A DNA stretch of 64,000 nt from Dictyostelium discoideum (GCA_000004695.1 CM000153.2:960001-1024000); one strand, 5' to 3'. Shown: positions 26,214-43,191, counted from the first letter of the stretch. Notes: generated from the letters alone by a model not told the origin. Numbers and translations: made by a program.

Positions 26214-26874
26214 ATTTCTTTCTAATATATAAAAATATTAAAAAAATAAATAATAAAATAATTCTATTAATTTTGTTTATATATTACCACACCAAAAAAA
26301 AAAAAAAAAATAAAAAAAAAAAAATAAAAAAACAAAATAAACAAATTAAAAATAGAAAATAAAAATAAAAAAAATAAAAATAAAAATAAAAGAATTAATA
26401 TAAAACAAAAATAGTAAAAATCACTATAATATTTTTTTTCACTGTTTTGATATTTACACTTTTTAAAGATTTCAAGGCAACAAAATCTTCATAAAAAAAT
26501 AAAAATAAAAATAAAAATATAAATAAAAAAAAATATGTATTGATCTTAAAAATAAAAAAAAAAGGAAAAAAAAAAAAATTAAATTAGTATCAATATGATC
26601 ATATTCATATTTTTTTATTTTTTCATTTATTTTTTTATTTATTTAATTATTTTTTTTTTTTTTAAATGATATATCAAATAAACACAGAATATTATGTACA
26701 TTGGGAATGTTTTTTTTTTTTTTTGTTTTTTTGTAAAAAGGGGGTAATTTAATTGAATATTTAATTTGTTATTTATTTTTTTTTGTATATTATTTTTGTA
26801 TATTATTTTTGTTATTATTTTTTTCAAAATATTTTATTACCCAAAATTTTTTTTGGAATAAATTTTTTTTTTTT

Positions 26875-26906
<32 letters not shown>

Positions 26907-26986
26907 CTTTTATTATTATTATTATTATAGTGTATTAGGATAATTACTTAATAATTTAATTTCTCAAATCTGGATATTAAAAAAAA

Positions 26987-28314
26987 ATGAAATTGTTTAA
27001 GATAATATTCTTATTAATTTCAATAATTTATTTAATTGAAAATAGTTATGCAAATACCTTGTTTAAAGATCAAAATAATGCTGCTATTGAAATTATAAAA
27101 CATATTTATGGTGGAGAAGATATAATTAATCCATGCAATTATAAACCTGATCCAGACACTCCTCCAATCTTTGTTTGTAGAGCTTCAATTGAAAGTGAAT
27201 CACTTAGTGAATTAACAGTAAAATCAATTTCAATCATTGTTTTTAACGAGAATCCAAATAGTCAAATCATAGAAATTTCAAATGATTTAACCATTTTCAA
27301 AGATGTCCAATCCATAGATATTCAAGGTGTATCAATTCCATCCGAAACAATCAATAATTTATATAAATTAGAAAGTTTAAAGGATGCGTATGTATATTAA
27401 TATATTTATATATTTATATATTTATTTAATTCATCATTTAACAAATTATTTTTTAAAAAAAAAATATATATATTTTGTAGGGTATTTTTTAAACATTCAG
27501 ATTTTCCATTAATTGATGATGATTTGATTTTACCAAAAAAAATAGAATCATTAGGGTTTACATTTTTTGGTGGGTTGGTTGGTAGAGGATTTTTTGAATC
27601 TCCAACATTGAGAGTATTAGAAATTGTAATACCATCTGATGGTTATAGAATCACCACTGATGAAATACCATTCAATGATCAATTACAATCTTTAAAATTA
27701 CCATTGACTGCAAGTAGTTCAAATCAAGCTGGTGTTACTGGAATTCATGAAAATTTAATTTCAAATTTAAGAGAATTAATTCAATTAAAGTTAATGATTT
27801 TTAATCATTTTGATGGAAAAAGATTTGAAAATCCAATTTCATTTCCAAAATATAATTCAAAATTAATTTCATTGGAGCTTTATTTCCAAGATTCCGTAGC
27901 AATACCATTCCAAGATAAAATTGTAAACTCTAATGATATTCAATTCTTTAATCTTCCATCAATTAATAAAGATATTAAATATTTAACAATTTCTGGAAAT
28001 GGTTTATATTTAGATAAAACTATTGGTTTCACTGATTTATCTAATGCAAATGATGGTTTAGAAATGTAAGTTTTAATTTTATAATAAAAAAAATATATAT
28101 TAAAAAATTAAAAATTATTAAATAACTTTTTTATTTTATATAGTGCAATTGAAGGAAATTGTAAATTTATTACAGATTGTATTGGAAGACCATGTATTAA
28201 ATTCCCATTACAAACAAAATTGTTGGTATAAAAAATTTTAAAATATTATTTTGGATACTATTAATTTTTTATTTTTCATTTGTTAATTATAATATTATTA
28301 TAAATATAATTATA

Positions 28315-28346
<32 letters not shown>

Positions 28347-28610
28347 TATTATTAAAAATTAATAGGAGTTTATTTGATACAGAGGTTGACTTGCAAAAAA
28401 TTGATTTGTCAAATATTTCATCGTTATCAGTTCTTGGAAATGCCCAACCACAACCATATCCTTCTGATATTAATGTCAAGTCATTAGAAAAGATAGAAAT
28501 AAGAGACTCAAGTGTAAGTTTTTTTTTTTTTTAAAAAATATTTAATTTTGTTTTGTTTTTTGTTTTGTTTTTTTTTTTTTAATGGTAAATATATATAAGT
28601 ATTGACTAAT

Positions 28611-28656
<46 letters not shown>

Positions 28657-28734
28657 TTTCAAATATAGTTTTATGGAAATATCCCAAAATCCTACCAAAA
28701 AATAGATAGGAACGCTTTGGTATATATTGAATAA
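26987..28734 (+). CDS. Secreted multi-exon protein with signal peptide and LRR-like repeats, Cys-containing C-terminal exons. Model of 5 exons (26987-27387, 27481-28065, 28144-28225, 28382-28513, 28669-28734).
   Basis: The N-terminus 'MKLFKIIFLLISIIYLIENSYA' is a signal peptide. Donors are GTATGT, GTAAGT, GTATAA and GTAAGT. Acceptors are 'ttttgtag', 'ttatatag', 'gatacagag' and 'aaatatag'. All junctions keep the frame open. Repeats such as 'LRVLEIVIPSDGYRI', 'LQSLKLPLT' and 'IKYLTISGNGLYLDKTIGFTDLSN' are LRR-like. The last exon ends '...FYGNIPKSYQKIDRNALVYIE*'. The 3' exons are speculative. Confidence 0.4.
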
Positions 28735-29597
28735 GAGGACCATGAATAAATGATTTATCCCTTAATATAATTCAATTATAATTGATATTATAATAATGAA
28801 AAAAATAAGAATCTTAAAAAAAACAAAAAAAAAAAAAAAAAAAAAATGGAAATATACATAAACATACAAATATCTTTAAAAAAAATAAAAAAATAAAGGC
28901 CAATGTTTTAAAAAACCAATTGGAAAGGGCCAATGTTTTTTGGAAATAAGAAAAAAAATTAAGAAATCGTTTTAAAATTAAAATTTATTATTTGTTTATA
29001 ATTAATAATACTATATTTTAAAATAATTTTTATGAGAATTACATTTTTTAATTAAATATTAAAAAAATAGTTTGTTAGTAATCTATTTATTTAACAGTTG
29101 AAAAAAAAAAAAAGTAATTTAAAAATGGTTATTTAACATTAGAGTACCTTTTAAATTTTTGTTTTTTTTTATAAAATTAAAATTTTAAAATTAAAAAATA
29201 ATTTTTATTTTGATTGGCTTTTTTAAATCTGTAAAAAAATTTTTTCTAAATTTCAACACTTATATATATTTTATAGGCGATTTTTATTTTATAAAAGAAA
29301 AAAATAAAACACACACACAAAATTAAATTATCGAATTATTAATATACTATCTAAAACCAGTTATATTAATTAATCACTATTAGTTATTTACTAAAAGGAA
29401 ATAAAAAATAAATAAAAATTAAATAAAAATAAAATAAAATCTTGGGATAAAAAAAAAAATTTGTATAAATTGAAATGAAAAAAAAAAATTGAAAACCATC
29501 TTCATTTCAAATACAAATACAAATTTAAAAAAAAAAATAATTTTAAAAATCAATTCAATTTCAAAAAAAAAAAAAAAAAAAACTTTTTTAATTTAAA

Positions 29598-29852
29598 ATG
29601 TTATACAGTAAATATTTAATAAAAATTTAAAATTAAAAAATAAAATAAAATTACTAATAAAAAAAAAAATAAAAAAAAAAAAATAAAGAATCAATCTCAT
29701 CATTAGGTAATGTTAAATCAAGCCAAAACAATTTGAAATCAGTAAACCAATTGACCAACCATACTCAACAAAGTACAAACAATGTTCAATATACTCCATT
29801 AATTAATCTTTCTGCTAATATCCTTGGTCTTGATATTGAATTACACCTTTAA
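29598..29852 (+). CDS. Divergent member of the small hssA/2C/7E-like (sigN-like) family, 2 exons (29598-29607, 29689-29852)
   Basis: Exon 1 is 'ATGTTATACA|gtaaat'. Exon 2 starts after 'aaataaag' and encodes 'KSISSLGNVKSSQNNLKSVNQL...'. This is the same architecture as the 51.2-52.6 kb pair, with a 10-13 nt first exon and a phase-1 intron. The N-terminus is similar ('[16 protein letters not shown]'). Confidence 0.35.
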
Positions 29853-30424
29853 AGGGGTTTTTTTTTTTCAATCAATTGAAACATGATCATTTGAAATTAT
29901 TTTTATATATTATCACCCATCTTTTGGGTTAATTTTAAATAAATAAAAATTTTCAATCTTTTTATTAAAAAGTGTGTTTTTTGAATTTTCATCTTTTTTT
30001 TTTAAAAATAGATTTCCAAGATGTTTTTTTTTTTTTTTTTTTTTTTTTGGTGATTGTTGCAAAAAAAAATAATAATTGTCATCACACACACACTCACAAA
30101 AAACGTTAATCTGAATATTAATTTTCAAAATAACTTTTTTTTGAACAATGATCAATTTTAAAACAATTTTTTTTTTTTTATTTTTAAAAAACAACATTAT
30201 AAAAAAAAAAAAGAATAATTTAAAAAAAAATAAAAAATAAAAAGTATTAACTATTTAATATATTCAAATAATAATTTCCAATTTTAGAAAATGCTTGCAC
30301 GAGGTAATTTTAAAATTATTAATAAAAATATAAAAAAAAAAAAAAAAAAAAAAATACTGACTTGATTCATTTTATTTATTAAAAAAATAAAATAAAACAA
30401 AAGGTTTATTTAGTCCTGGAATTT

Positions 30425-30650
30425 ATCAAACTGTAATTGATGGAACAATAGTGGTAACAAACCAACAAAAACAATTACAATCAACATCTCTATTTGGATA
30501 TTCACCAGCTCCAATTACTGTCCCATTTCCACCATCCATTCCTAATCCAATCAATGTTGCTCCTCCTCCAAATAAATAAAATAAGTCCTTAATTGAAACA
30601 TATCCAATTTGTATACTACTACTACTACTACCGTCACTACAAAAAACAAA
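30425..30650 (-). other. Gly-rich/Cys-cluster ORF segment resembling the C-terminal half of hssA/2C/7E-family proteins. It opens after a stop with no in-frame ATG (acceptor-like 'ttttttgtag' upstream). Possible terminal exon or pseudogene fragment.
   Basis: The minus-strand translation is '...SSSSSIQIGYVSIKDLFYLFGGGATLIGLGMDGGNGTVIGAGEYPNRDVDCNCFCWFVTTIVPSITV*'. It resembles '[35 protein letters not shown]' of the 52.3 kb genes. It sits immediately downstream of the stop of the 30708-31052 ORF on the same strand. Confidence 0.25.
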
Positions 30651-30707
30651 GTCAATAACATTACATTTGAAATTTTAAATTAACACAAAAATAAATTTAT
30701 TTAAAAA

Positions 30708-32008
30708 TTAATCTTTATTATTATTATTATTATTATTTTTATCAAGAGTATTTTCACTAGTGGGTAATGGAGATCCTTCATGTGAAGTAGTTGGATTTTC
30801 TTCTTTGTTTCCAAATAAAAAGAGTAATAATGAATTATTAACCTTTTCAGTGATTGATTTAATAATTGTATTTGATTTTTTAAAATCATCATGAATTGGG
30901 CAATTATTTTCAGGATTTTGGCATATGAATCCCTCTTTTGTTAGTCTTCCACATTTCATAAACATTTTTAATGATGGTGAAAACACACCAACATCTTGTT
31001 CTTTTTCTTGTTCTTTTTCTTCCTTCTCATCTTGGTTATCATCAATCTCCATGCCTTCTGTCCTTTCATTTTCATTTTCATTTTCATTTTCATTTTCATT
31101 TTCATTTTCATTTTCATTTTCATTTTCATTTTCATTTTCATTTACATTTTCATTTTCATTTACATTTTCATTTTCAATTTCTTCTTCAATTTCTTCTTCA
31201 ATTTCTTCTTCAATTTCTTCTTCAATTTCAATTTCTTCTTCAATTTCTTCTTCAATTTTATTTTCAATTTCAATTTCTTCTTCAATTTTATTTTCAATTT
31301 CTTCTTCAATTTCATTTTCAATTTCAATTTCTTTTTCAATTTCTTCTTCTGCATTTTTAATTTCATTTGTATTTTCAATTTCTTCAACAATTTCTTCTAG
31401 ATTTTTAATTTGTTCATGTACATTTTTATTTTTATATTTTTCTTTTTGATTATTGATTATTCCATTTTCAATTTCTTTATGTTTATTATAATTTTCAGAA
31501 GAAACTCTTAACTTTTTGGTAATATTATTATTATTAAGTATTGGTTTTTTATTTGATTGATTCTCATTAAAGTTTCTCTTATTTGTACTTTTGTAAGTAT
31601 TAACAGATTCTATATTTTTTATAATATCTCTAAAACACTCTATTCTAATTTTTTGGGGTAAATCATTAAATGACTTTAATAATGATTCTGCTTCATTTTT
31701 AGCTATTGATCTTAAATTAATTGCTTATGTTAATTATTTAATATAACAATAGAAATATTATGTTTTAATATATAATTAAAAAAAAAAAAAAAAAAAGTAT
31801 ACAAACCTATTTAAATAATCCTCATTTATATTTTTAATAATAGATTCACGATCTGATAATTTGGAGAGGAGAAAGAAAAAAAATAAAAATAAAAATAAAA
31901 AAAAAAAAAAAAAAAAAAAAAAAAGTGAATAAACTAATTTTGAAAAATAAATTTGAAAAATAAATTTGGAAACCTACATTCAAAAACATCGATTTCATCT
32001 ATATTCAT
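30708..32008 (-). CDS. Acidic repeat protein: N-terminal unique region, long (EN)n and (EIEEE)n tandem repeats encoded by hexamer and 15-mer DNA repeats, C-terminal Cys-containing region. The 5' end probably has 3 small exons (ATG ~32008).
   Basis: The open minus-strand frame reads '...KNEAESLLKSFNDLPQKIRIECFRDIIKNIESVNTYKS...EEIVEEIENTNEIKNAEEEIEKEIEIENEIEEEIENKIEEEIEIE...ENENENVNENEN...ERTEGMEIDDNQDEKEEKEQ...KCGRLTKEGFICQNPENNCPIHDDFKK...'. It is in frame with ORF 30708-31052. The upstream model is exon 'MNIDEIDVFE' (donor GTAGGT), then exon 'YRESIIKNINEDYLN' (donor GTTTGT). This model is low confidence. Confidence 0.4.
31060..31400. repeat. Coding tandem repeats: (CATTTT)n hexamer, ~16 units, then (TTCTTCTTCAATTTC)-type 15-mer variants
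   Basis: Visible as 'cattttcattttcattttc...' at 31063-31160, and 'ttcttcttcaatttcttcttcaatttc...' at 31170-31340. It is open in all six frames. Confidence 0.9.
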
Positions 32009-32255
32009 TTTCTATCTGTTTTTTTTTTTTTTTTTTTAATTTTTGTTTTGGCTTATCTCATTGTTCAATTTCTTTCTGTTTTTTTTTTTTTTTTTTTTTT
32101 TTTAATTTTTTTTTTATTTTTATTTTTTTTATTTTTATTTTTTTTCATTTTTTTTATTTTTTTTCAAAAAAAAAGTTTTTATTTTTTTTTTTCAAACTTT
32201 AAAGTGTGAAACCTTTATATTTATTATCAAAATTATTATTATTTTGTTATAATTA

Positions 32256-34188
32256 TGGCACCAAGAAAAAAAGCAGTCACTAAAAAAAAGACTGTTGAAA
32301 AATCGTATGTATTAAAAAAAATAATAATAAAATAAAATAAAATTAAATTAAACAAAAAATAAAAAATAAAGATATATTTTGGTTTTAATCTTTGGAAAAA
32401 AAAAAAAAATAAAAAAAAATCTAACTTTTTTTTTATTTTTATTTTTTTTTTCTATTTTTTTATTTTTTTTAATTCATTAAATTATTAAAAAAAAAATAAT
32501 AAGACCACCAATTGAAGAGGAAATAATTGAAGAACCAGTTGATGAAATTGTTGAATCAGATGGTGATGATAAAAAAAATAAAAAAAAAGGTAAAAGAAAA
32601 TCATCAAAGAAATCAAAAAAAGAAAAAGAGGAAAATGTAGAAGAGGAAGAACAAGATCAAGAAGAGGAAGAAGAGGGAAATAAAAAACAAAAAGAAGAAA
32701 ATGATGCAGATAAAAAAAGTAGAAAACATGATGAACATCGTAAAAAACGTGATAGTAAAAATCGTCGTTCACATAGTAAAAGTGATGAAAATGAAGAGGG
32801 TGAAGAAGATGATGAAGAAAGAAGAAAGAAAAGAAGACGTAGAAAACATAGAGAAAAAAGAAAAAAGAATGGAAATAAAGAGGAGGAGGAAGAAGAAGAA
32901 CAAGATGATGAACATGAAGATCAAAATGTTGAAGAAGATGAAGAAGATGTAAATGTAGAAAAACAAAAACAACAACAACAACAAAGTGATTTTGATGAAG
33001 AAGAAAAAGAAGAAGAGAAAGAAGAGGAGGAGGAAGAGGAGCAAATAGAAATTAAAAAAAGATCAAAAAAGAGAAATAGTATAGATTCAGGTAGAAAAGA
33101 TAAATCTAAAAAAAGAAAATCAAAAAAGAAAAAGAGAGGGCAGAATGATGATGATGATGATGATGATGATAATGACGATGATGATGATGACCAAGATGAG
33201 GAAAAAGAATATGAACAAGATGAAGATGTAAATCAAGAATCAATTGTTAGTGAAAAAGAAGAAGAGGAGGATGAAGAAAAACAATCACAAGGCAGTGAAG
33301 ATGAGGAAAAACAATCTGAAAATGAAAGAAGAAATGATCAAGATTATACAGATAGAGAGCGTGAAAGAAATAGATCACGTGATAGAGACAGTAGGGATTA
33401 TAGTAGTAGAAGTGATCATAGAGATTATAGAGATAGAGATAGAGATAGATCACGTGATAGAGATAGAGACTATAGAGATAGTAGAGATTATAGGGATAGA
33501 GATAGAGACTATAGAGACAGAGATAGAGATCACTATAGTAGTGGTGGTAGTAGTAGTAGTAGTAGAGATCATAGGGATCATAGAGATAGAGATTATAGAG
33601 ATAGAGATAGAGATCATAGGGATAGATCCCGTGATAGGGATAGAGATCATTATAGTAGTAGTAGTGGTAGCAGTAGCAATAGAAGGAGCAGAGATAGGGA
33701 TAATGATAGTAAAAGAGATGAAAAAAGCAGCAGTAGCAATAACAGCAACAACAGCACCTCAACCACCAGCAATAATAACGCCTCATCAAATAATGTAAAA
33801 ATTGTACAACCTCCAAAAGAAAATTTCTTTTCAAATTATAGAGCCATACAATCATCAATTATCCCAACTCATAATAAGAGTAAATTTGGTGAAAGAATTC
33901 TTAGTATAGCTCCAACTGAACCACCTCCAAATTTCCAAATCCCCCTATCAAAACCTTACAGAGATGATTCCTTACAACAAAATAATGATAATAATAATAA
34001 CAGTAGCAATAATAATAGTAATAATAGTAATAATAATTTTAATAATGACAATAACCCGTATAATAATTCAAACAATTATAATATGAATAACTCTAATACC
34101 TCTCCATATAATAACAGTAACAATAGTAATAGTAACAGTAGTTATTATAATGATAACGATTATAATAACAACAACAACAACAATAATA

Positions 34189-34265
<77 letters not shown>

Positions 34266-35015
34266 TTTAATAATAGTAATAGTAACAGTAGTGAATCGAA
34301 ACCAAATTATTTTAATAATCTTAGTAATGTATTTAATCAAATTACAAAACCATTAGAAAATTATAAAAATAATGGTAAAAATGAAAACAATAATAATAAT
34401 AATAATAAAAATAAAAATGAAGATGAAAAGAGAATAGATTTAGTACAAACAAAATTATCTTTGAAATCTTCAAAATCCACACCACAGACATATAATGAAA
34501 AAGAATTTAAGGTTCAAATTTCAAATATTGTTGTTAAAAAATTAAAAAAATATTATAAAACTAAAATTACAACCAAAGAAGATTTCCAATATCTTGGAAA
34601 GAAATTTACAGATTTCGTAATAACAAAAGAACGTGGTAATCAAACTATTAATAAAGACTCTGAAAAGAAAATTGAAAAAGTAATTGATAACTATTTTGAG
34701 AAAAAAGAAGTGTATGATAGAAAAAAAGATAAAGATTATAAAAAAGATGATGGTGATAAACTAATTAATTCTAGTATTGATATTTCCAATGATTCAAACC
34801 TTAGTGAATCTTCAATTACAATTACTTCAACTTCAACCTCAACCTCAACCTCAGCCTTAACCTCACCTAAAACAACAGGAACTACAACTTCAACTATAAC
34901 TACAGTAACTTCAACCTCAACATCCTCTATTGAAAATACAAAAATCTTGGTTGATGACGAAAAATTCAAAACAAATATCCAAAATGAAACATCAAAAGAA
35001 TCAAATTCAATCTAA
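32256..35015 (+). CDS. RD/RDY/RS-like repeat, highly acidic, poly-N protein with a C-terminal SRI-like (Set2-Rpb1-interacting) domain. 2 exons (32256-32304, 32504-35015).
   Basis: Exon 1 is 'MAPRKKAVTKKKTVEKS' with a GTATGT donor. Exon 2 starts after 'aaataataag'. A continuous open frame follows: 'PPIEEEIIEEPVDE...(E/D/K-rich)...RDRDSRDYSSRSDHRDYRDRDRDRSRDRDRDYRDSRDYRDRDRDYRDRDRDHYSSGGSSSS...poly-N...'. It is in frame with ORF 34083-35015. The C-terminal 'EFKVQISNIVVKKLKKYYKTKITTKEDFQYLGKKFTDFVITKERGNQTINKDSEKKIEKVIDNYFEKK' resembles SRI domains as I recall them for SETD2 and RECQL5. Confidence 0.55.
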
Positions 35016-35558
35016 TGAATCAACAAAAAAATCCACCAACCTGTAACAGATAACCAAACACAACTAAAACTGAAGAAAAAAACAATTACATCAGAAAATT
35101 GAATCATCTAATTACAAATATCAATACTATTTATGGATATAATAATAAATAATATAAATAATAATGAATAATAATAATAATAAAATAATAAATAATAAAT
35201 AATAAATAATAATTTTTTTAATATATGCTATATTTTATTTTATTTAAATTGTATTTTATGTATAACTAAAATTGCAGACTACCAGATTCCGAAATTTAAT
35301 CACAAAAAAAAATTTTATGTTTAGAAAAAAAAAAAAAAAAAAAAATAATTAATGATAATAATAAAAATAAAATAAATAAATCATATAATTATCTTGTTTA
35401 TGAAATATTTATATGAAATATCAATTTCGTTAAAAATACATTGTGTGAGTAAGATTTACTCGAATGTCTTTTGTTTTAAATTTTATTTATTGTTTTTTTT
35501 TTTTTTTTCTTTTTTTTTTTTTATTTTTATAATATATTCACATTAAACAGTGTTGTGA

Positions 35559-39815
<4,257 letters not shown>

Positions 39816-40312
39816 TTTTATATTACTATTTATTGTTTTTTTGTGTGGTGTGGCGTATTTTATGATTGTTCTTTTTTTTTTTTTTTTGATTTTATGTGCC
39901 TTTAATTTTTTTCTTTTTCTTTTTTTTTTTGATTTTTGATTTTTTTTTTTTTTTTTTTTTTTTTGAAAAAAAAAAAAAAAAAAATTATCTACAGTTGTGT
40001 TGATTTGCTACAAATATATATACCCTAATATTTTGTAAGAAATAGGTTTAACCATAAAAAAAAAATTAATTAAAATTAATTATAATTAAAAAAAAAAAAA
40101 AAAAAAAATGATTGAAAAAAAAAAAAAACAGACAACGCTGTCGTTCTATGGCGTTGATTAAACTTTTTTTTTTTTCCTCCTCTTCTCTTTTTTTTTTTTT
40201 AAAACTCTACCCTATTCTGTATTATTACTGATTTATATATTTAGATATCTAAATATAAAGTAATGGTGAATGTGATAGAAAGTGCACTAAATTATAAAAT
40301 AGCACTTTTTTT

Positions 40313-40344
<32 letters not shown>

Positions 40345-40527
40345 TTTTTATTTTTATTTTTTATTTTTTATTTATTTTTTTTTTTTAGAGAGAAGAGAGA
40401 GAGAAAAAAAAAACCCAAAAAAAAAAAGGGGGTTTATGGGTGTTAATTATTAAAAGGTATTTGGCCCCATTTTTACCATTTACTATTAGGATTACCTTAT
40501 TTGGATGGGGGTTATACACCCCTAAGG

Positions 40528-40558
<31 letters not shown>

Positions 40559-40721
40559 CCTGGAAAATTTTTTAAAAAAAATTAAAAAATAAAAAAAATA
40601 AAATAAAATGGGTTTTTTTTTTTTTTTTTTTTTTGTTTTGTTTTGTTTTGTTTTTTTTTTTTTTTTTTTTAAAAAAAAAATTATTTATTTTTAGAATTTT
40701 CATTATTATTATTAATTTAAT

Positions 40722-42269
40722 TTAAATAAAATGTTTTTCATATGAGAATAAACTATGTACAGAGCCTTCAACTTGAGCGGCAGCGGTTCTAACTTCGAAT
40801 CTAACTTTACCACCATAAACACTTTCACGTAAATTTGTGACAGAATTACAACCAAGATCTTGAAGACCATGTTTAATACCTTGAATGAGATATGGGACGA
40901 ATTTCTTTACGGAACCTTTATCTACAACACTACCACTAACACCTTGAGCGACTTTAATTTTATCGGTTTCACTAAAGTATCTTTGATCACCACCTTTAAC
41001 CATTGCTTCCAATGAACCCATACCACGATATTTCTTTAAACGCATACCATCCTTGTAGAAATAATCACCTGGAGCCTCTTCGGTACCGGCCAACATACTG
41101 CCCATCATTACAGAGGAAGCGCCCAATGAGAGACCTTTAATGATATGACCGATGGTACGAATACCACCGTCGGCAATGATTGGTACATTGTATTGACTAG
41201 AGTAGAGGGCACATTTGAATACGGCGGTGGCTTGAGGACGACCACATGCCATAACCTCTTGAGTGGTGCAAATGGAACCAACACCCATACCAACTCTAAG
41301 ACCATCTACACCTGCTTGGATTAAACTTTCACATTGAGAAGTGGTGACTACATTGCCACCAATAACATCGATCTTTGGATAGTTTCTCTTGATGAATCTA
41401 ATCATTTCACGTTGATAGGTTGAGTCACCTTGAGAGGAATCTAAAATAACAACATCGACACCAGCATCACTGAGTGCGGCCAAACGTTCTTTATCGGTTT
41501 CACGAGTACCCAAAGCGGCACCGACCAAGAGTTTCTTATTTTCATGGTCTTTGGTTGCCATTGGGAAATCTCTATTCTTTACAAGATCATCACGTGATGC
41601 CAATGCTACGAGCTCACCTTTATCATTTACAATTGGTAACTTTCCTTTCTTACAACTCTTTAGGATGGAATTTGCCTCCTCGAGTGTACAATTTTGTTGA
41701 CCAGTGATGAGATCGGTGGTCATTACCTCGGAGAGGGTGGTGGAACGATCCTTGATGAAATCGGTATCACGACTTGTAACAATACCCACTAATTTGCCTC
41801 CGATTCTACCAGTGTCTGTAATTGGAATACCAGAGAACCCATACTTTTGTTTGATCATATCCACATCGGATAACTTGTGTGTTGGTGATAAAACGATTGG
41901 ATCTGTGATAAAGCCATTCTTAAATCTTTTCACCTTTTTAACTTCAACAACTTGCTCTTCAACGGTATTGTTGTAATGAATGATACCAATACCACCCAAT
42001 AATGCCATATTGATTGCCATGAGATGTTCTGTAACTGTATCCATTGGTGAACTAACTAATGGAGCATTCAAACTGATATTCTTGGTTAATTTGGTCTTTA
42101 ATGATACATCATCGGCTGAGAAATTAATATGTCCTGGTAACATAATTAAATCATCATATGTATATCCATGTCTTTGTTGAAATAATTCAAAACAATCGAA
42201 TCCATCGACAAACCATTCGGATTTATATTCACTATTTGTACCTTGTAAAATTTTATTGATTTTTTCCAT
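40722..42269 (-). CDS. impdh: Inosine-5'-monophosphate dehydrogenase (IMPDH), single exon
   Basis: 515 aa ORF with ATG start. It has the CBS pair and a catalytic TIM barrel. Motifs include '[24 protein letters not shown]' (catalytic Cys loop), '[41 protein letters not shown]' and '[12 protein letters not shown]'. Confidence 0.92.
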
Positions 42270-43126
42270 CTTTTTTTTTTTTTAAAAAAATTTTATTTAT
42301 TTATTTATTAATGATGGTTGGTAATAATAATAATTTTAATATGAAACAGAGTTGAATTTAAATTTGAAAATAAAAAAAAAAATTAAAATAAAAATAATAA
42401 AAAATTTTTATTTATTTAAATTTCTATTTGTGTGGTATTGAGTGTGAAGTGGAATTTGTAATTTAACTCCCCCGGAAAAAAAAAAAAAAAAAAAAAAAAA
42501 TTTTATTTATCATTTTTTTTTTTTTTTTTAATAATAAATAAAATTTAAAAAAAAATAAAATAAATTAAAAAAATATTAAAAATAAAAAAAAAAAAAAAAA
42601 AAAAAAATTAAAACGGCATAATAATATTTTTTAAACTTTTTAATAAACGGCCCTATTCACGGAACGAATTTACTTCCGGAAATCGGTTTTTCAATATTAA
42701 AAAAAAAAAAAAAAAAAAAAATAAAAAAAAAAAACTGAAAAGTCCAAAAAGGTAAGATCTTTTTTTTAAGATTTTTTTGATGGTATTAAAATTGAAAATA
42801 AAAAAAAATAAAAAATAAAAAAAATAAAAAAATAAAAATAAAAAAAAAAATAAAAATAAAAATAGATTGTTGTTAGTTTAACTCATTTATTAAGTTTTAT
42901 TAAAAAAAAAAAAAAAAATATAAAAAAAAAAAATAAAAAAATAAATAAAAATAAAACAAAAAAAGATTTTAAAAAAAAATTAACAGATCCCAAAAAATAA
43001 AATAAAAATAAACAAAAACAAAAAATAAAATAAAAATAAACAAAAAACAAAAACAAAAATAAAATAAATAAAAAAAAAAAAAAAAAAAAAGATCAGAATA
43101 AAAGATTGATTAAAACGTACATATAC

Positions 43127-43161
<35 letters not shown>

Positions 43162-43191
43162 AAAGAATTTTTTTTTTTTTTTATTAAATTT

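Noticed and set aside
31060-31400. Regularly spaced short repeats: possible CRISPR array?
   Set aside because: Eukaryotic AT-rich genome. The repeats are 6-15 bp coding tandem repeats without unique spacers, not 25-40 bp repeat/spacer units.
30925-31449. Three long +-strand ORFs and a 76 aa (-) KLK ORF over 30925-31449
   Set aside because: The hexamer/15-mer tandem repeat is open in all frames. The minus-strand E/N/I-rich frame is chosen because it connects in frame to the unique upstream and downstream coding sequence.
33244-33858. 184 aa (+) and 203 aa (-) ORFs over the second RDY-repeat region
   Set aside because: Same reason: out-of-frame or antisense readings of the repeat. The real frame is the long open frame joined to 34083-35015.
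41108-42180. Small ORFs on both strands inside IMPDH
   Set aside because: They are nested in or antisense to a strongly supported conserved CDS.
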